NCBI GenBank assembly: GCA_009103225.1
Contig: RHPI01002119.1
Coordinates: 1-64,000 of the forward strand
Length of the DNA: 64,000 bases
Direction: 5' to 3'
From: Chlorokybus atmophyticus
Taxonomy: Eukaryota > Plantae > Mesostigma and Chlorokybus algae
The notes under the pieces were generated by a model. That model saw nothing but the letters and a program-made list of their open reading frames with translations, ran no database searches and was not told where the DNA came from. Both the position numbers and the translations under genes were made by a program. Below, one piece after another: positions 23,401 through 38,035 of the stretch. Numbering within the stretch: the stretch's first letter is position 1; each line of letters begins with the position of its first letter.

Positions 23401-25731
23401 GTTGACCTGGAAGAGAGGTACCGCACGAGAGAGACTTATGGGCTGAAAGCAGCGGATCCAGCTGAGGCAGCCAGGGCGTATGCCGTGCGCACAAGGTACC
23501 CACTATTACCTAGTTGATGTTGTTAAAGAGAGGCTCAATTAGCTCACTCGCGTGTCCCACAGGTGGGCTGAGCTTGTTGAAGAGGCTCACGTGGTGGACA
23601 CTTCCTTGGAGGAGACCAAAGTCAAGTTCACTGCCATGACCGTATCTCAAGTAACCGACTTCCAGGCTTTGGTTAGCTCACTCAAGGGTGAGATGAGTAC
23701 CCGCGGTCCAAGCAACCCGGCTTCATTAGACGAGGGCCTTGAACTCATGAAGAACTACCAGGCTGAGCTTGCAGCCAAGAACTCTATCAGAGAGCAGCTG
23801 GTGTTGGCGCAGAAGCTGTTCGATCTGCCCATCACGTCGTATCCGGAGATATTCGAGATGGAGCAGGAGTTGAAGAACCTGGCGCAGATATATCAGCTGT
23901 ACACGGATCATTGCAGTGCGGTGCAGAGCAGCAGCAGCATGCTGTGGGCTGAATTGGACATACAGAAACTGCTCAATCAGGTGTGGATTGACTCTGTGCA
24001 TCCCCAACACAAACGTGTAGTATGTTGTTGTGAGTCATTCAGCAACCGTTGTTGTGCAGACGGAAGAGTTGGCAGGGCGTGCGAGGAGGTTGAAGAACCT
24101 CAAGGACATGCCCACCTACAACATGGTTCTGGACAAGATCAAGTCGTTCCAGGACTCGTTGCCATTGATCCAGGTATACAGCAGCAAGCTTGACCAGCCT
24201 TGGTGGGAACATGTTTGTTGCGATTGACACCATATGCCAAACTGTGTGTGCGAAGGACTTGAAAAGTGAGGCTCTCCGTAAGCGCCATTGGGAAAAGCTC
24301 ATGGAGGTCACTGGCAAGAAGTTCGAGATGGATCCCAAGACTTTCACCCTGGCAAACCTGTTCAGCATGGAGCTGCACAACTTTGCTGGTGCGTGTGTGT
24401 GTGGGGGTACGCGTGCATGATTGAAAACAGACACTCAACCATTCTCTTGTTGCAGCGGTCATCAGCGACATCACCAATGCGGCTGTGAAGGAGCTGACCA
24501 TTGAGAGTGAGATCCGCAACATGGCCGAGACATGGAAGGACCAGAAGTTTGACCTGTTCAAGTACATGAAGGCAAGGCTGAGTTGGATGAATACTATACA
24601 CGCACACTCCAATCACTACTGACCCATGTTGCTCCCGCAGGGCAATGAAGACCGCGGATGGATCCTGCGCTCTGTCGACGAGATCACCGTGTTGCTTGAA
24701 GACATGGCCCTCAACCTCCAGTCCATGATGGCCTCACGCTTCGTCAAGGCCTTCCTCGATGACGTGCGCAGGTGGGAGGCACGCTTATCCCTCATCGCAG
24801 AAGTCAGCGAGGTACGTGTGCTGTTACACATACACACGTATGCTTTGTACAGCTTTCACTGAGACTCTTCTGGATGCAGATGTGGATGCTTGTCCAGCGC
24901 AAGTGGATGTATCTCGAGTCTATCTTTGTTGGTTCCGACGACATCCGTCACCAGCTCCCGGCCGAAGCCAAGCGTTTCGACACGATCGACAAGGCGTGGA
25001 AGAAGCTGATGTCCGACACGGCCAAGAACCCCAACGTGCTCGAGGCGTGCAGCGCCGAGGGGAGACTCGACCAGCTGCAGATGCTCAGCCAGCAACTGGA
25101 AACGTGCCAGAAGAGCCTGACGGAGTATCTGGATACCAAAAGGAACTCGTTCCCGAGGTTCTTCTTCATATCGGACGATGAGCTGTTGTCCATACTGGGG
25201 ACATCGGATGCAACATCCGTGCAGGTATGCGAAGGTGGTGATTGGCACATTGTGTAAAGTGAACAACATCATCATCAACATCAACATCAACATCAACATT
25301 ACACTCTTTCCCTTGCAGGAGCACATGTTGAAGCTGTTTGACAATTGCGCGGCCCTCAAGTTCGGCCGCGGCAACAAGGTTGTCGTCGGCATGACATCAT
25401 CCGAAGGTACGTGCATGTGCATGTGCGTGTGAGAGTAAGAGTAAGAGTAAGAGTCTCATGTGCCTAACCTTGTGTCCACATCCCAGGTGAGACGTTTGAC
25501 TTCCGTACTGTTGTTGCCGCGGAGGGCGCCGTTGAGAACTGGATGACTGGCGTGGAGGCGGAGATGCGCCAGACTCTCTACGCCATCACCAAGGAGAGCG
25601 TGTTCCACTACGCCCTGAAACAGCGCTCCAACTGGATCATGGACAACCTCGGCATGACCACCCTGGTGGGGAGCCAGATATGGTGGACGTGGGAAGTAGA
25701 AGACGTGTTCAGAAGGGTAAGATTGATTTCT

Positions 25732-25766
<35 letters not shown>

Positions 25767-28700
25767 CACAGTCTTCTTACTGATCATCGTCATTATCAGG
25801 TGCGTGAGGGGAATAAGCTTGCCATGAAGGAGTTTAGTGGGAAGCTCACTCGCCAGTTGAATGATTTGGTGGGTTTGGTGAGGTCGGATTTGGATGGGTT
25901 GGCGAGGAAGAAAGTGAACGCGTTGATCATCATCGACGTGCACGCCCGCGACATCATCGACACGTTTGTCCGGGACTCCGTGCTGGATCGAAGAGAGTTC
26001 GCGTGGGAGAGCCAACTGCGGTTCTACTGGGACAGAGCAGCAGATGAAGCCCTCATCAGGTACGTGTATCGGAGAGTTGTGTCAGAGAGGTGTATCAGAG
26101 AGAAGTACCTGAGAGATGCTACTTTGCATCACTGAGTGAGTACATCATGTGTATATGTTGTGTCACAGGCAATGTACGGGCGAATTCCGCTACGGCTACG
26201 AGTACATGGGTCTCAACGGCCGTCTCGTGATCACATCTCTTACGGATCGTTGTTACATGACCATCACCACTGCTCTCACTTACCGTCTGGGTGGTGCTCC
26301 TTCTGGTCCCGCCGGCACGGGCAAGACCGAGACCGTGAAAGACTTGGCCAAGTCCATGGCTCTGCTCTGTGTTGTGTTCAATTGTGGAGAGGGGCTGGAT
26401 TACAAGGCCATGGGGTCTATATTCTCGGGACTCGTGCAGTGCGGGGCGTGGGGATGCTTTGATGAGTTCAATAGGATCGATGCGGAGGTGCTGTCGGTGG
26501 TGTCGTCGCAGATCAAGCAAATCCAGGTAAGTGTGCGTGCGCGTGTGTGCTATTATGCAATAAACTTGAAATTAATCTCTCTCTCTTGCTCATTCACAGG
26601 AAGCTATGAAGAATGAGCTGCGCAAGTTTCAATTTGAGGGCAAAGAGATCGCCCTGGACAGCCGCACGGGCATCTTTATCACAATGAATCCGGGCTACGC
26701 GGGACGCACGGAGCTGCCCGACAACCTCAAAGCCCTGTTCCGACCGGTCACCATGATCGTACCGGACCTGCTGCAGATATGCGAGATCATGCTGTTCTCA
26801 GAAGGGTGAGTGCGTGCGTGTGCGCTTGTATACCCAGACACGTATGCACATGCGCACAAGCACACACACACATGCGCATGCACACTGACACGCACGAGCA
26901 CACGCGCACAGCTCACGTGCTCGCATGTCTCTCCAGATTTGATACCGCCAAGGTTTTGGCCAAGAAGATGACCGTTCTCTACAAGCTCGCCAAGGAGCAG
27001 CTCTCAAAACAATTCCACTACGATTTCGGTCTCCGCGCTCTCAAATCCGTGCTGGTGATGGCGGGCGCATTGAAGCGTGGCTCACCCGACATGCCCGAGG
27101 AGCTCGTGCTCATGCGCGCGCTACGCGACATGAACCTGCCAAAGTTTGTGTTCGATGACGTGCCGCTGTTCCTGGGACTTATATCAGATCTCTTCCCGGG
27201 ACTGGATTGCCCGAGGGTGAGATACGCACAACTCAATGACGTGGTGGAGAAAGACCTTGAGGTGAGGTGGTCGTGTGCGTGTACTGCTGTGAGAGGTGGA
27301 AGGTGTGACAGTGTGATTCTCATCTTGTTCTCCTGCAGGAGCATCGCTTTCAAGTGATGACGGGGCCTTCGCAGCAAGTGGACAAAGTGATCCAGCTGTA
27401 TGAGACCATGCTGACACGGCACACCAGCATGGTGGTGGGGCAGGTGGGTGATGTGTTTCCGTGTCATTGCTTGGTTCGTTCATCAGTACATGCACGCGTG
27501 TCCTTCATGTAACCTGCTATCTGCTGACAGACTGGTGGAGGCAAGACGGTGATCTTGCAGACGCTTGCCCGGGCCCAGACCAAGATGGGTCTGATCACCA
27601 AGCTCTACACAGTCAACCCCAAAGCCCAGTCAGTAGCGGAGCTCTATGGTGTCCTAGGTAAGAGTACTGCAGCTGTTGATCATCATATCCTTCGTATATA
27701 CATGTATCACAACTTGACTGATGACAGATCCGGACACGCGTGACTGGACGGACGGTCTTCTTTCCAACATCTTCAGGGAGATCAACAAGCCCGTCGCAGG
27801 CGACAAGGAAGAGCGCAGGTTGGTGATGAAGAGAGAGACTATGGTTGGGCTTGTCACGTTGCCCTGTAGGCAAGTTGTTGGTGACACTGCTGTGTGGTGT
27901 GGTGCTTGCAGATACGTTGTTTTCGATGGTGATGTGGACGCCGTGTGGGTGGAGAACATGAACTCCGTCATGGACGACAACAAGCTCCTGACTCTCCCCA
28001 ACGGCGAGCGCATCCGGCTGCAGAACCACTGCAAACTCCTCTTTGAGGTGTATGATCTGCAGTACGCGTCCCCGGCAACAGTGTCGCGCTGTGGCATGGT
28101 GTACGTGGACTCCAAGAACCTGGGGTTCAAACCGTACGTGTGGAAATGGTGCAACTCACGCACAAGGTACGGGCTTACTTACTGAAGCCACATGCACGAA
28201 GTTGAGATGTTGCTAAGCAAGCGATGCCTGCAGTCAACAAGAGGCGGATGTGCTGCGGGCATTGTTTGACAAGTATGCAAACCCTTGCATAGACTTTGTG
28301 CTGGAGGTAAGCCTGTACTGCTGACTGATTCATACGATATTGACATGCGACAATAGTATTGTACTAACATTGATGGTGGTTGTCATGCAGGGTCTTGAGG
28401 ACGACATCATCGGGAAGCGCCTGCGTCAGACCATCCCTCAGACCAACCTGAACATGATCACGCAGCTGTGCGTGATGCTGGAGGGCATACTGACCGAAGA
28501 ACGTGCCGTCACGGACCCTCAGGCACGTCCCCGTGCATGAGATGAGTGATGACATGACGTTGACGCTGATGTTGTACTGTCACTATCCATGCAGGTGTTG
28601 GAGGCCATCTTCATCTTCTGTGTCATCTGGTCCATCGGTGCGGCACTCGTGCAGAGCAGCACCATCAAAGACAGGGACAGGTCAGAATAAGTACATTTGT

Positions 28701-31700
28701 TGGCTTTACACAGTACACAAAACCACTGCAGCATGCTTCATTGATGTTCCATCTGCATTTCAGGTTTGACTTGTTTGTGAAGAAGGTGTCCTGTTTGCCG
28801 ACAATGGACATGGAGTCCGTGGCGTCCAGCCAGCTGCCAAGCAAGTCGCTCTACGAGTACTGCTTTGATGTGGAGTCGCAGCGCTGGAAGCAGTGGAACT
28901 CCATGATACAGGTCCAGGGTTGTGGTGTGTATGTGTATATGTTTATGTACTCTTCTCACACTCTGTATCCCTCAGGAGTTCAAACCCCCCGAAGACAACA
29001 AGTTCGCCAAGATCCTCGTCCCGACCATCGACACCGTCCGTTCCACTTGGCTCCTCCAATCCATCGTCAAGACGGGTCGTCCCGTGCTGTTTGTTGGCGA
29101 GGGCGGCACCGCCAAGACGGTCACCATCGCGCAGTACTTAGAGAGCTTACCGCCAACGCAGTACGTGGCGCTGAATCTGGCGTTCAGCTCGAGGACGACA
29201 TCGAGCGATGTGCAGAGGTCGCTGGAAGCATCCATAGAGAAGAGAACAAAGGTGGGTGGTGTTGTTGTTAAGTTGAAGTGATACATGGCTAACGGGGACT
29301 AATACATTGTATCTGGGTTGTAGGATACGTATGGGCCGCCGATGGGTAAGCGTATGATCATGTTTGTGGATGACTTGAACATGCCCAAGGTGGACACGTA
29401 CGGCACGCAGCAGCCCATCGCACTGCTCAAGCTGCTGCTCGGTAAGTGTGAGAAAGAGTGTGGTCTGCACATACGAGCAAACAACTCGATAAAAATACTC
29501 AATGGGTGATTACGTGTCACATAGAACGTGGTGGCCTATACGACCGTGGCAAGGAGCTCAACTGGAAGAACATGCGTGACGTGCAGTTCGTGGGCGCCAT
29601 GGGACCTCCAGGGTAACACCATTGGCCACAAATGCACGCACATGTACCTATGTGTCTCTCTCCAACATACACATATGACCCTTTGCAGTGGTGCTCGCAA
29701 CTCGGTGGACCCCCGCTTCATCTCCCTCTTCTCCGTTTTCGAGATCCAATTCCCATCGAGCGCCTCCTTATCCCGCATCTACGACGTGATCTTGGAGCGA
29801 CACGCACGCTCGCTCTCGCAAGACATCCGCGACACGTGCACGTCCCTCACATCCACCACCCTCCAGTTGTACGAGTTCATCGTGGAGAAGCTCCCACCCA
29901 CACCATCACGCTTCCACTACATATTCAACTTGCGTGACTTGAGCCGCGTCTACGAGGGGTTGTGCATGGCTGTTATGGACAAGTTTACTACCGCTGCTCA
30001 GTTCATACGGTTGTGGAGGAATGAGTGTTTGCGCATATTTCATGATAGATTGATATGTGAGGAGGATAAGGTGTTGGTGCAGAAGAAGATCGGGGAGCTA
30101 GTCACGGAGAACTATTATAGTGTTAGTGAGACGGTATTGCAGGATCCCATATTGTTTGGGGATTATAGATACGCTATGGTGGAGGGGGAAGCGAGACTGT
30201 ATGAAGACTTGAAGGTGAGAGAATGTGCGTGTTGGCGTGGGCGTATACATGTACGTGTGTGTGTGCACATGCGTGCGCGTGTGCGTGTGTGTGTGCGTGT
30301 ATCTGTGAGTAGAGTCTAAACGCAGCAGCTGAGGAGTCTTGTATCTCTGCATGTTGTCAGGGTTATGAAGCCATCAAGAAGACCTTTGAGGAGATCCTCG
30401 ACGAGTACAACCTCACCCGCAAGCCCATGAACCTCGTCATGTTCAAGGATGCATTAGAGCACCTCACTCGCATCCACCGCATCATCCGTCTCGACCGTGG
30501 CAACGCCCTCCTCGTAGGCGTCGGCGGCTCGGGAAAACAATCACTCGCTAAACTTGCTGCGTTCACGGCGGGTTGCGCGGTGTTTGAGATCACGCTAACG
30601 AGGGGATACGATGAAGTGATGTTTAGGGAGGACTTGAAGAAGCTGTACTCCATGTTGGGGGCGGAGAACAAGAAGGTGATGTTCTTGTTTACCGATGCGC
30701 ATGTGGCGGATGAGGGGTTCCTGGAGCTCATCAACAATATGCTCACGTCCGGCATGGTGCCCGCGCTGTACGCGGACGAGGAAAAGGACGGCCTTATCAA
30801 TCAGGTGAGTGAGAGAAGTGGTGTATGTGTTTGTGTGTGTGTATGTGCGCTCTCTCTCTCTCGCGCGCGCGCGCATGTAGGCAGAGCAGCAGTGTGCGTG
30901 TGTGTGCGCGTTTATGTGGACTTTCTGACTTGCCGCATCCCAGGTGCGTGATGAGGTCACTCGCCAAGGTCTTCTCGACACCAAAGAGGCTTGCTGGTCT
31001 TACTACGTCGGCAAGTGTCGCGACAACCTCCACGTGGTTCTCGCCATGAGTCCTGTTGGCGGTACCCTCCGCACGCGTTGCCGTTCCTTCCCCGGCCTCG
31101 TCAATGGTTGTGTCATCGATTGGTTTACCCCGTGGCCCGATGAAGCCCTGAAATCTGTTGCTGCGGCATTCCTTGCAGATGTGGACTTACCGGTTGATCT
31201 CAGACCCACTGTCGTGGACCACATGGTGATGGTGCACGAGTCCGTGCGCAAGTTCAGCGCAGACTTCGAACAACAACTCAGACGATACAACTACGTTACA
31301 CCCAAGAACTACCTCGACTTTGTTAACAACTATCGGTCTGCGTTGGATGATAATCGTCGTCTGATAGCAGAGATGTGTAACCGTCTCGACGGCGGGTTGC
31401 AAAAGCTGATTCAGGCTGCAGAGGAGGTTGCCTCCATGCAGGTGTCTCTAGCTGAGGCTAAGGTGGTTGTGGACCGCAAGACCGAGGAGTGCAATGAGTT
31501 GTTGGAAGTCATTGCTACCAACACGGCCACGGTGGAAGCCAAGCAAGCCACTGCTCAAGAAAAGGAGAGAGCACTCGCAGCACAAAGTGAGCAGATAACC
31601 AAAGAGAAAGCGGAGGCGGAGTTGGCACTTGAAGAGGCTATACCGGCACTCGCAGCTGCAGCGGAAGCGCTAAACAACCTCAAGAAGGATGAGATTACGG

Positions 31701-34700
31701 AGATTAGGTCCTTTGCCAAACCGCATGCCAACGTGCAGAAGGTCTGCGAGTGTGTTGTCATCCTGCGAGGCATCAAGGACGTGTCCTGGAAAGGCGCCAA
31801 GACGATGATGGCTGACCCGCGCTTCCTGTCAACACTCACGGATTTTGATAAAGACTCCATCACGGACAAGCAGGTGAGTAGGCAGGTTCAATGGTCTCTG
31901 CATCATCATCCATGTCACAAGTTGCTGTCGTGTTGATGAATGTTGTCTGCAGATCCGAGCGCTTAAGGAGTACTTGAAGGACCCCAAGTTCACTCCCGAA
32001 GAGGTGATGAACATCTCCTCGGCTGGCGCGGGGCTGCTGCGTTGGGTGATGGCCATGGTCAACTACTACAACGTGGCGCGCACCGTCAACCCCAAGCGCC
32101 AGGCCGTCGCACAGGCAGAGAAAATGTTGCGGCAGGCAGAGGCAGACCTGGACTCAATCAAGAAACAGGTTGAGGACCTTTCTGGTCAGCTTTCTGCCCT
32201 TCGCGGCCAGTTCAGCGAGAAGACTTCCGAGCAACAGGACCTGAAAGCCCGCGCGGACCTCATGGAGAAGCGTCTCACTGCGGCCTCACGCCTCATTGCG
32301 GGTTTAGGATCAGAGCGCATCCGTTGGACAAAAGACATGGAGATGTTGGCTGAAAAGAAGGAGCGTCTGTTGGGAGACTGCCTGCTCACGTCGTCATTTT
32401 TGTCGTACACGGGAGCGTTCACGTTCGAGTTTAGAAATGAAATGACGTACAAGATGTGGTATCAGGACCTCGTGTCACGCAAGGTGCCCGTGTCAGAGCC
32501 GTTCCGGCTAGAGACACTGCTTGCAAGTGAAGTGGAGATAAGCCAGTGGGCGAGCGAAGGACTGCCATCGGATGAGCTGTCGGTGCAGAACGGCATCCTC
32601 ACAACGCGCGCGCGCAGGCATGCATTGACACAACATACACGCACAGACACACTATCTGTGTGTGTATATGTATCTGTATCTATATCTGTCTCTGTGCCTG
32701 TATCTGTATGTGTATCTGCCCTGTCTGGATGGGGTACGCGTGCACAACACTTACACATACACGTGTTGTTACAGGTTCCCTCTTTGTATCGATCCTCAGA
32801 TGCAGGCCGTTACTTGGATCAAGAAGAAGGAGGGTAAGAACCTCGAGGGTCGTGTGAAGACGTTCAACGACCCGGACTTCCTGAAGCAGCTGGAGATGGC
32901 CATCCAGTACGGGTTCGCATTCCTGTTCGAGAACGTCGACGAGTACATCGACCCCGTCATCGACCCCGTACTAGAAAAGAACCTAAGCGTGGGAACGGGA
33001 GGGCGAAAGGTGGTAAAGCTAGGGGACAAAGAAGTCGAATGGGTAAGCATGTCGTTCTTGTGATATGGGCCCAGCGGTGCACTGCCATGTGCTATGATGC
33101 AAAGCTTGACACAGATACTGCACTGCATGCTTGTCTGCAGTGCAGTCTGTGTGTCAACAGCCTTACTTGACAAACAAATTGCGATTGTCCTTACTTGCGT
33201 GTGTTGACAGGATGACAACTTCCGGTTGTACATGACAAGCAAGCTTACCAACCCTCACTACGGTCCCGAGGTTTCCGGCAAGACCATGATTATCAACTAT
33301 GGCGTGACGCAGCAGGGTCTTCAGGACCAGCTCCTCAACGTGACCGTTCGCAACGAGCGTCTTGACTTAGAAGAGAGCCGCGAGAACCTCGTGCGTGAGA
33401 TGAGCGACAACAAGACTCTACTCAAACAGCTGGAGGACACGCTGTTGCGGGAGCTCAGCAACGCTACCGGAAATATTTTGGACAACGGTGAACTGATTAC
33501 TACGTTGGAGAACACCAAAGCTAAAGCTGTGGAGATTGCAGAAAAGTTGGAGAAAGCGCGTGAGACGGCGCAAGAGATAGACCTTGTGCGAAGCCGATAC
33601 TCGCCTGCAGCTAAACGAGGAGCCGTGTTGTTCTTCGTGATGTCATCTCTGGCAGCCATCAACAACATGTACGAGTACTCCTTGTCGGCCTTCCTCCAGG
33701 TCTTCAAGAACTCTCTTGTAACGAGCAAGAAGGACTCTGCTTTGGAAGTGAGGTTACGCAACATCATTGACGCGCTCACGTACGACGTGTACAACTACAC
33801 GTGCACGGGTCTGTTTGAAGTGCACAAGCTCATGCTCTCCTTCCAAATGACACTTAAGATACTCGACGCTGAGGGAGACCTCAACCAGGCCCACCTCAAC
33901 TTCTTCCTCAAGGGCAACTTGTCTCTGGAGAAGAGCGAGCGCAAGAAGGTGGCAGAGTGGTGGCCAGAGCAAGGGTGGGAAGACTTTGTGAGGCTGCTAG
34001 AGTTGGGCCCACAGTTCGCCAACTTGTATGAAGATGTGGTTGAGAAGGAAGGGCTGGCCAGCTGGCATGCATGGTATGACCTGGAGAAGCCAGAAGAAGA
34101 GGCACTGCCGGCTGGATACAGCGACAAGCTCAACACCTTTGAACAGGTAAGAATGGTGGATGTGAGGTGCGTGTGCGTGTGGCTGACATGCCACTACTTG
34201 CAGATGCTGGTGCTGCGTTGCCTGCGCGTGGACCGTGTGACTGTGGCCATCACCCGTTACGTGATTGCGCGCATGGGCGAGAAGTACGTCATGCCGCCCA
34301 CCCTCGACTACACCGCCATCTTCCGCCAGAGCTCCCCTCTCACCCCCGTCGTATTCATCCTCAGCCCAGGAGCCGGTAACTCAACCCCTCAATTTCTCCC
34401 AACATCATAACACAACTCACGCATACATCTCACCTTCTGCTGTTGATATGTATCAGATCCTGCCTTTGATGTGTTCCGGCTTGGCGAGGAGCTCGGTTTT
34501 AAGGCCGGCGCCAAGCTCAAGTACATGGCTCTGGGACAAGGGATGGGACCCAAGGCCCAAGAGCTGCTGGAGACAGGCTCCACAAGAGGACTGTGGGTCA
34601 TGCTGCAGAACTGCCACCTTTTGCCGAAATGGCTCAAAACACTGGAAAAGGTACACATGAGATTGTTATATATCAGTCTACGAACTAACCCTCCAATCTG

Positions 34701-36914
34701 ATAGATTTTGGAGCGTATTGATAAGCCGCACAAGGATTTCCGTCTGTGGTTGACGACGGACCCGACGCCGCACTTCCCGCTGGGCGTGCTTCAGAGGTCT
34801 CTCAAGGTGGTGACGGAACCGCCCAACGGACTCAAGCTCAACATGCGCTCGTCGTACTCGAAGATCACGGAAGACACGCTCATTGAATGCCCGCATCACG
34901 CCTTCAGATCACAGGTATGAGTCAATACATATTCGCAGCAACTTGTGATGCAACAGTTTCTAACTTGCCTTTGCTCATCCTCCTTGCAGGTGTATGTGTT
35001 GGCGTTCTTTCATGCTGTGGTGCAAGAGCGGCGCAAGTACGGCAAGCTGGGGTGGAATGTGCCGTATGACTTTAACGAAACGGACTTCCGCATATCCATG
35101 GCTCTCATCGGTGTGTACCTCTCTTCAACCCACTGCGGCATCTGTTCAAGTCATGCTAACCAATCAAAAACCTTGTTCCCTGGTACCAGGCACCTACTTG
35201 ACCAAGGCCTTTGACAACAAGGATGATGTCATCCCTTGGAGCACCCTTCGCTATCTCATCGGTAAACACAATGTGCAGCCATTGCAGGCGTGACACTATT
35301 CAATAATTGATGGATTGAATACGTGATACTAACAGCAACTCATGTCCAGGTGAGGCGATGTACGGAGGGCGTGTTTCGGACAGCTTTGACAGACGCATCC
35401 TGACGACGTATCTGGACGAGTACCTGGGTGACTTCTTGTTTGATACGTTCCAACCATTCCACTTCTATCAGGCAAGCATAGCCTGGTTGTTTTTACCTTC
35501 GCTCAGCTCAAGCACACTTGACTCACATGCGGTGATACGCACACACGCAGGGCAAAGGTGTTGACTACATGGTCCCCGCGCACGGTCCCCACGAGAACTA
35601 CACCTCTATGATCGACACTCTCCCTATCGTCCAAACACCCGAAGTCTTCGGTCTCCACCCCAACGCCGACATCAGCTACTACACCAACGCCACAAAGAGC
35701 ATCTGGCGCAACCTCATCGACTTGCAGCCTCGTGTTGGCGGCTCTGCTGCGGGCGGTGGCACGCGCGAAGACTTCATCAAACAAGTTGCGAGGGATATAC
35801 AGAGCAAGATACCCGAACCATTTGATATCGCGGTCGTGCGTAAGGTGATAGGCGTGCCGAGTCCAACGCAAGTGGTGCTGTTGCAAGAGCTAGATAGGTG
35901 GAATGGGTTGATAGTGAAGATGCAAGTGTCGCTGAAGGAGCTGCAGAAAGCATTGTCGGGTGAGATTGGTATGAGCAATGAGCTCGATGAGCTCGCTACG
36001 GCGATGTATAACGGGCAGCTACCCGCTATGTGGCGACGCCTAAACCCACAGGTGAGAGAGAGTGTGTGTGCGTGCATGTGCCTGTGCGTGTGCGTGTGCG
36101 TGTGCGCGCCAACTTAAAAAAGATGCCAATGATGTTGTGTTGATGTTGATGCTGATGTTGTTGGTGTATTCCCTCCCAGACGGACAAGATGCTCGGTTCC
36201 TGGATGCTTTGGTTCCAGCGTCGTTACGCTCAGTACCGCGAGTGGGCGGAGTCTGGCGAGCCGCGCGTGATGTGGCTGTCGGGCTTGCACACTCCCGAGA
36301 CGTACATCGCCGCCCTCGTGCAGACCGCGTGCCGAGACCGCGGATGGCCGCTCGACAAGAGCACGCTGTACACCAAAGTCACGCAGTACACATCACCAGA
36401 ACAGGCAAGTGAATGATGCAGCATGTGTGTCTGCTGAGGTTGGGATGTGTGTGCATCTCCAACTGATGTTGGATTGGCAGGTAACCGCGGCTCTGAAACA
36501 TGGCTGCTATGTGACTGGATTGTACCTGGAGGGCGCTGCTTGGGACTTGGAATCAGCCATGCTTAAGCGACAGGTAGAACGAAACGCTACGTATTACATA
36601 TAACCCATCATATCAACTCCAGTGAACCATCGAAACACTCATACAGTAACACTGTTGTTTTCATGCCTCACACAATCATCTGTTGACAGGAGCCCAAGCA
36701 GCTTGTGGTGGAGCTCCCCATCCTCCAGATCATCCCCGTTGAGGCGAGTCGTCTAAAGCTCCAGAACACGTTCCGTACTCCCGTGTACGTGACGCAGGCG
36801 CGCCGTAACGCCATGGGGGTGGGGCTCGTGTTCGAGGCAGATCTCGCCACCACGGAGCACTCGTCGCACTGGGTGCTGCAGGGCGCGGCGCTGTGCCTCA
36901 ACATCGATCAGTAG
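17426..36914 (+). CDS. DNAH10: Axonemal inner-arm I1/f dynein alpha heavy chain (DNAH10/DHC1 type); about 65 exons
   Basis: P-loops [33 protein letters not shown]; CFDEFNRI and [13 protein letters not shown] motifs; stalk coiled coil; C-terminus [30 protein letters not shown] as recalled for DNAH10 orthologues. Continuous frame across 64 hand-traced introns, 6 with GC donors. Confidence 0.93.
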
Positions 36915-38035
36915 ATGAGGAGAGTTGCCTAGATTGAGTATACTAGCTTATCTATCTATAAGCCCAGCGCGTGCTCGTGTAGCGAAACGTAGCTTAGGGA
37001 TAGATTGGGGTCGTTATGATACTATGATATGATCATAAAGACTTTTTAAACATTACATATGCGTGTGCACAAGCCAACGACTTGGACTGTAGGTGACCAC
37101 AGACACCGTACTTATGTGGCTTAGCCAGCTCTCTGCAGAGTGCTGGCTGAGCGTGTCTGTGTGCTGCACCTGGCTGTGAGTATGTGCCAGCATGGACATG
37201 TGCGAGTTTGCATACAGGGTGCTATATCGCACATTGTGTGTACGGGGTGCGAGGACATACATAATGCCAATGAATATGCGCACTCTGTTGCTGTGTAGCA
37301 TATACCACAGGAAAGCCTATATATGCAATGCTGTGATTGTGGCACTCCATCTCATGCAGTGATTTGCAGTTTATGTGCGTGTATCTGTGGGTATCTCCAG
37401 TGTCCTTGTCAACCGTTATCTGTGCAAGCGGCCAAAGCACTTGTGGGTTGTGTATGTTGGACAGACATTGTCGCACATGCTTGGCACGGCACTTGCGTAT
37501 CACCCATAAGCCACACAGACCTCGCAGCTGTCGTACTCACCAGTACATCACACCTCTCGCAACTGTCATATCCGTCCACATGCATAGCGGTTGCAAACCA
37601 ACTGCCAGCTGCAGCTTGCCAATACGCAAGGCGTGACCATAGCCAGTGACCAGTGCTTGGCTAATTGGATAAGTGATAGTTTGTCCTGCAGTGTTCTAAG
37701 GCAACGAATGCGACCCACTGGCAGGGTGTTACTGTATCATTCTGCAACTCAGGTATTATAGATTTTAATAACACTCACGCGTTGCTGTACAACCATGCGA
37801 GGTCTGAAATTATTGATAGAGTTTGAAGCATGTGCGCATATGCTTGGTATGCATGTGCTGCATGTGAGCTGCATGCCATGTGAGCTGCATGCAGTCAAGC
37901 ACACTCGCAACTAAATCTTGTGGTGCAGTGCCATCCATGCGCAACTTCGACGCGCAAGCGGCATGCCGCTACACCACTCAACATGCAGCAAGACAAACTC
38001 GACCAAGATCCCGTGCAGCATCATTCAAGCAAAGC

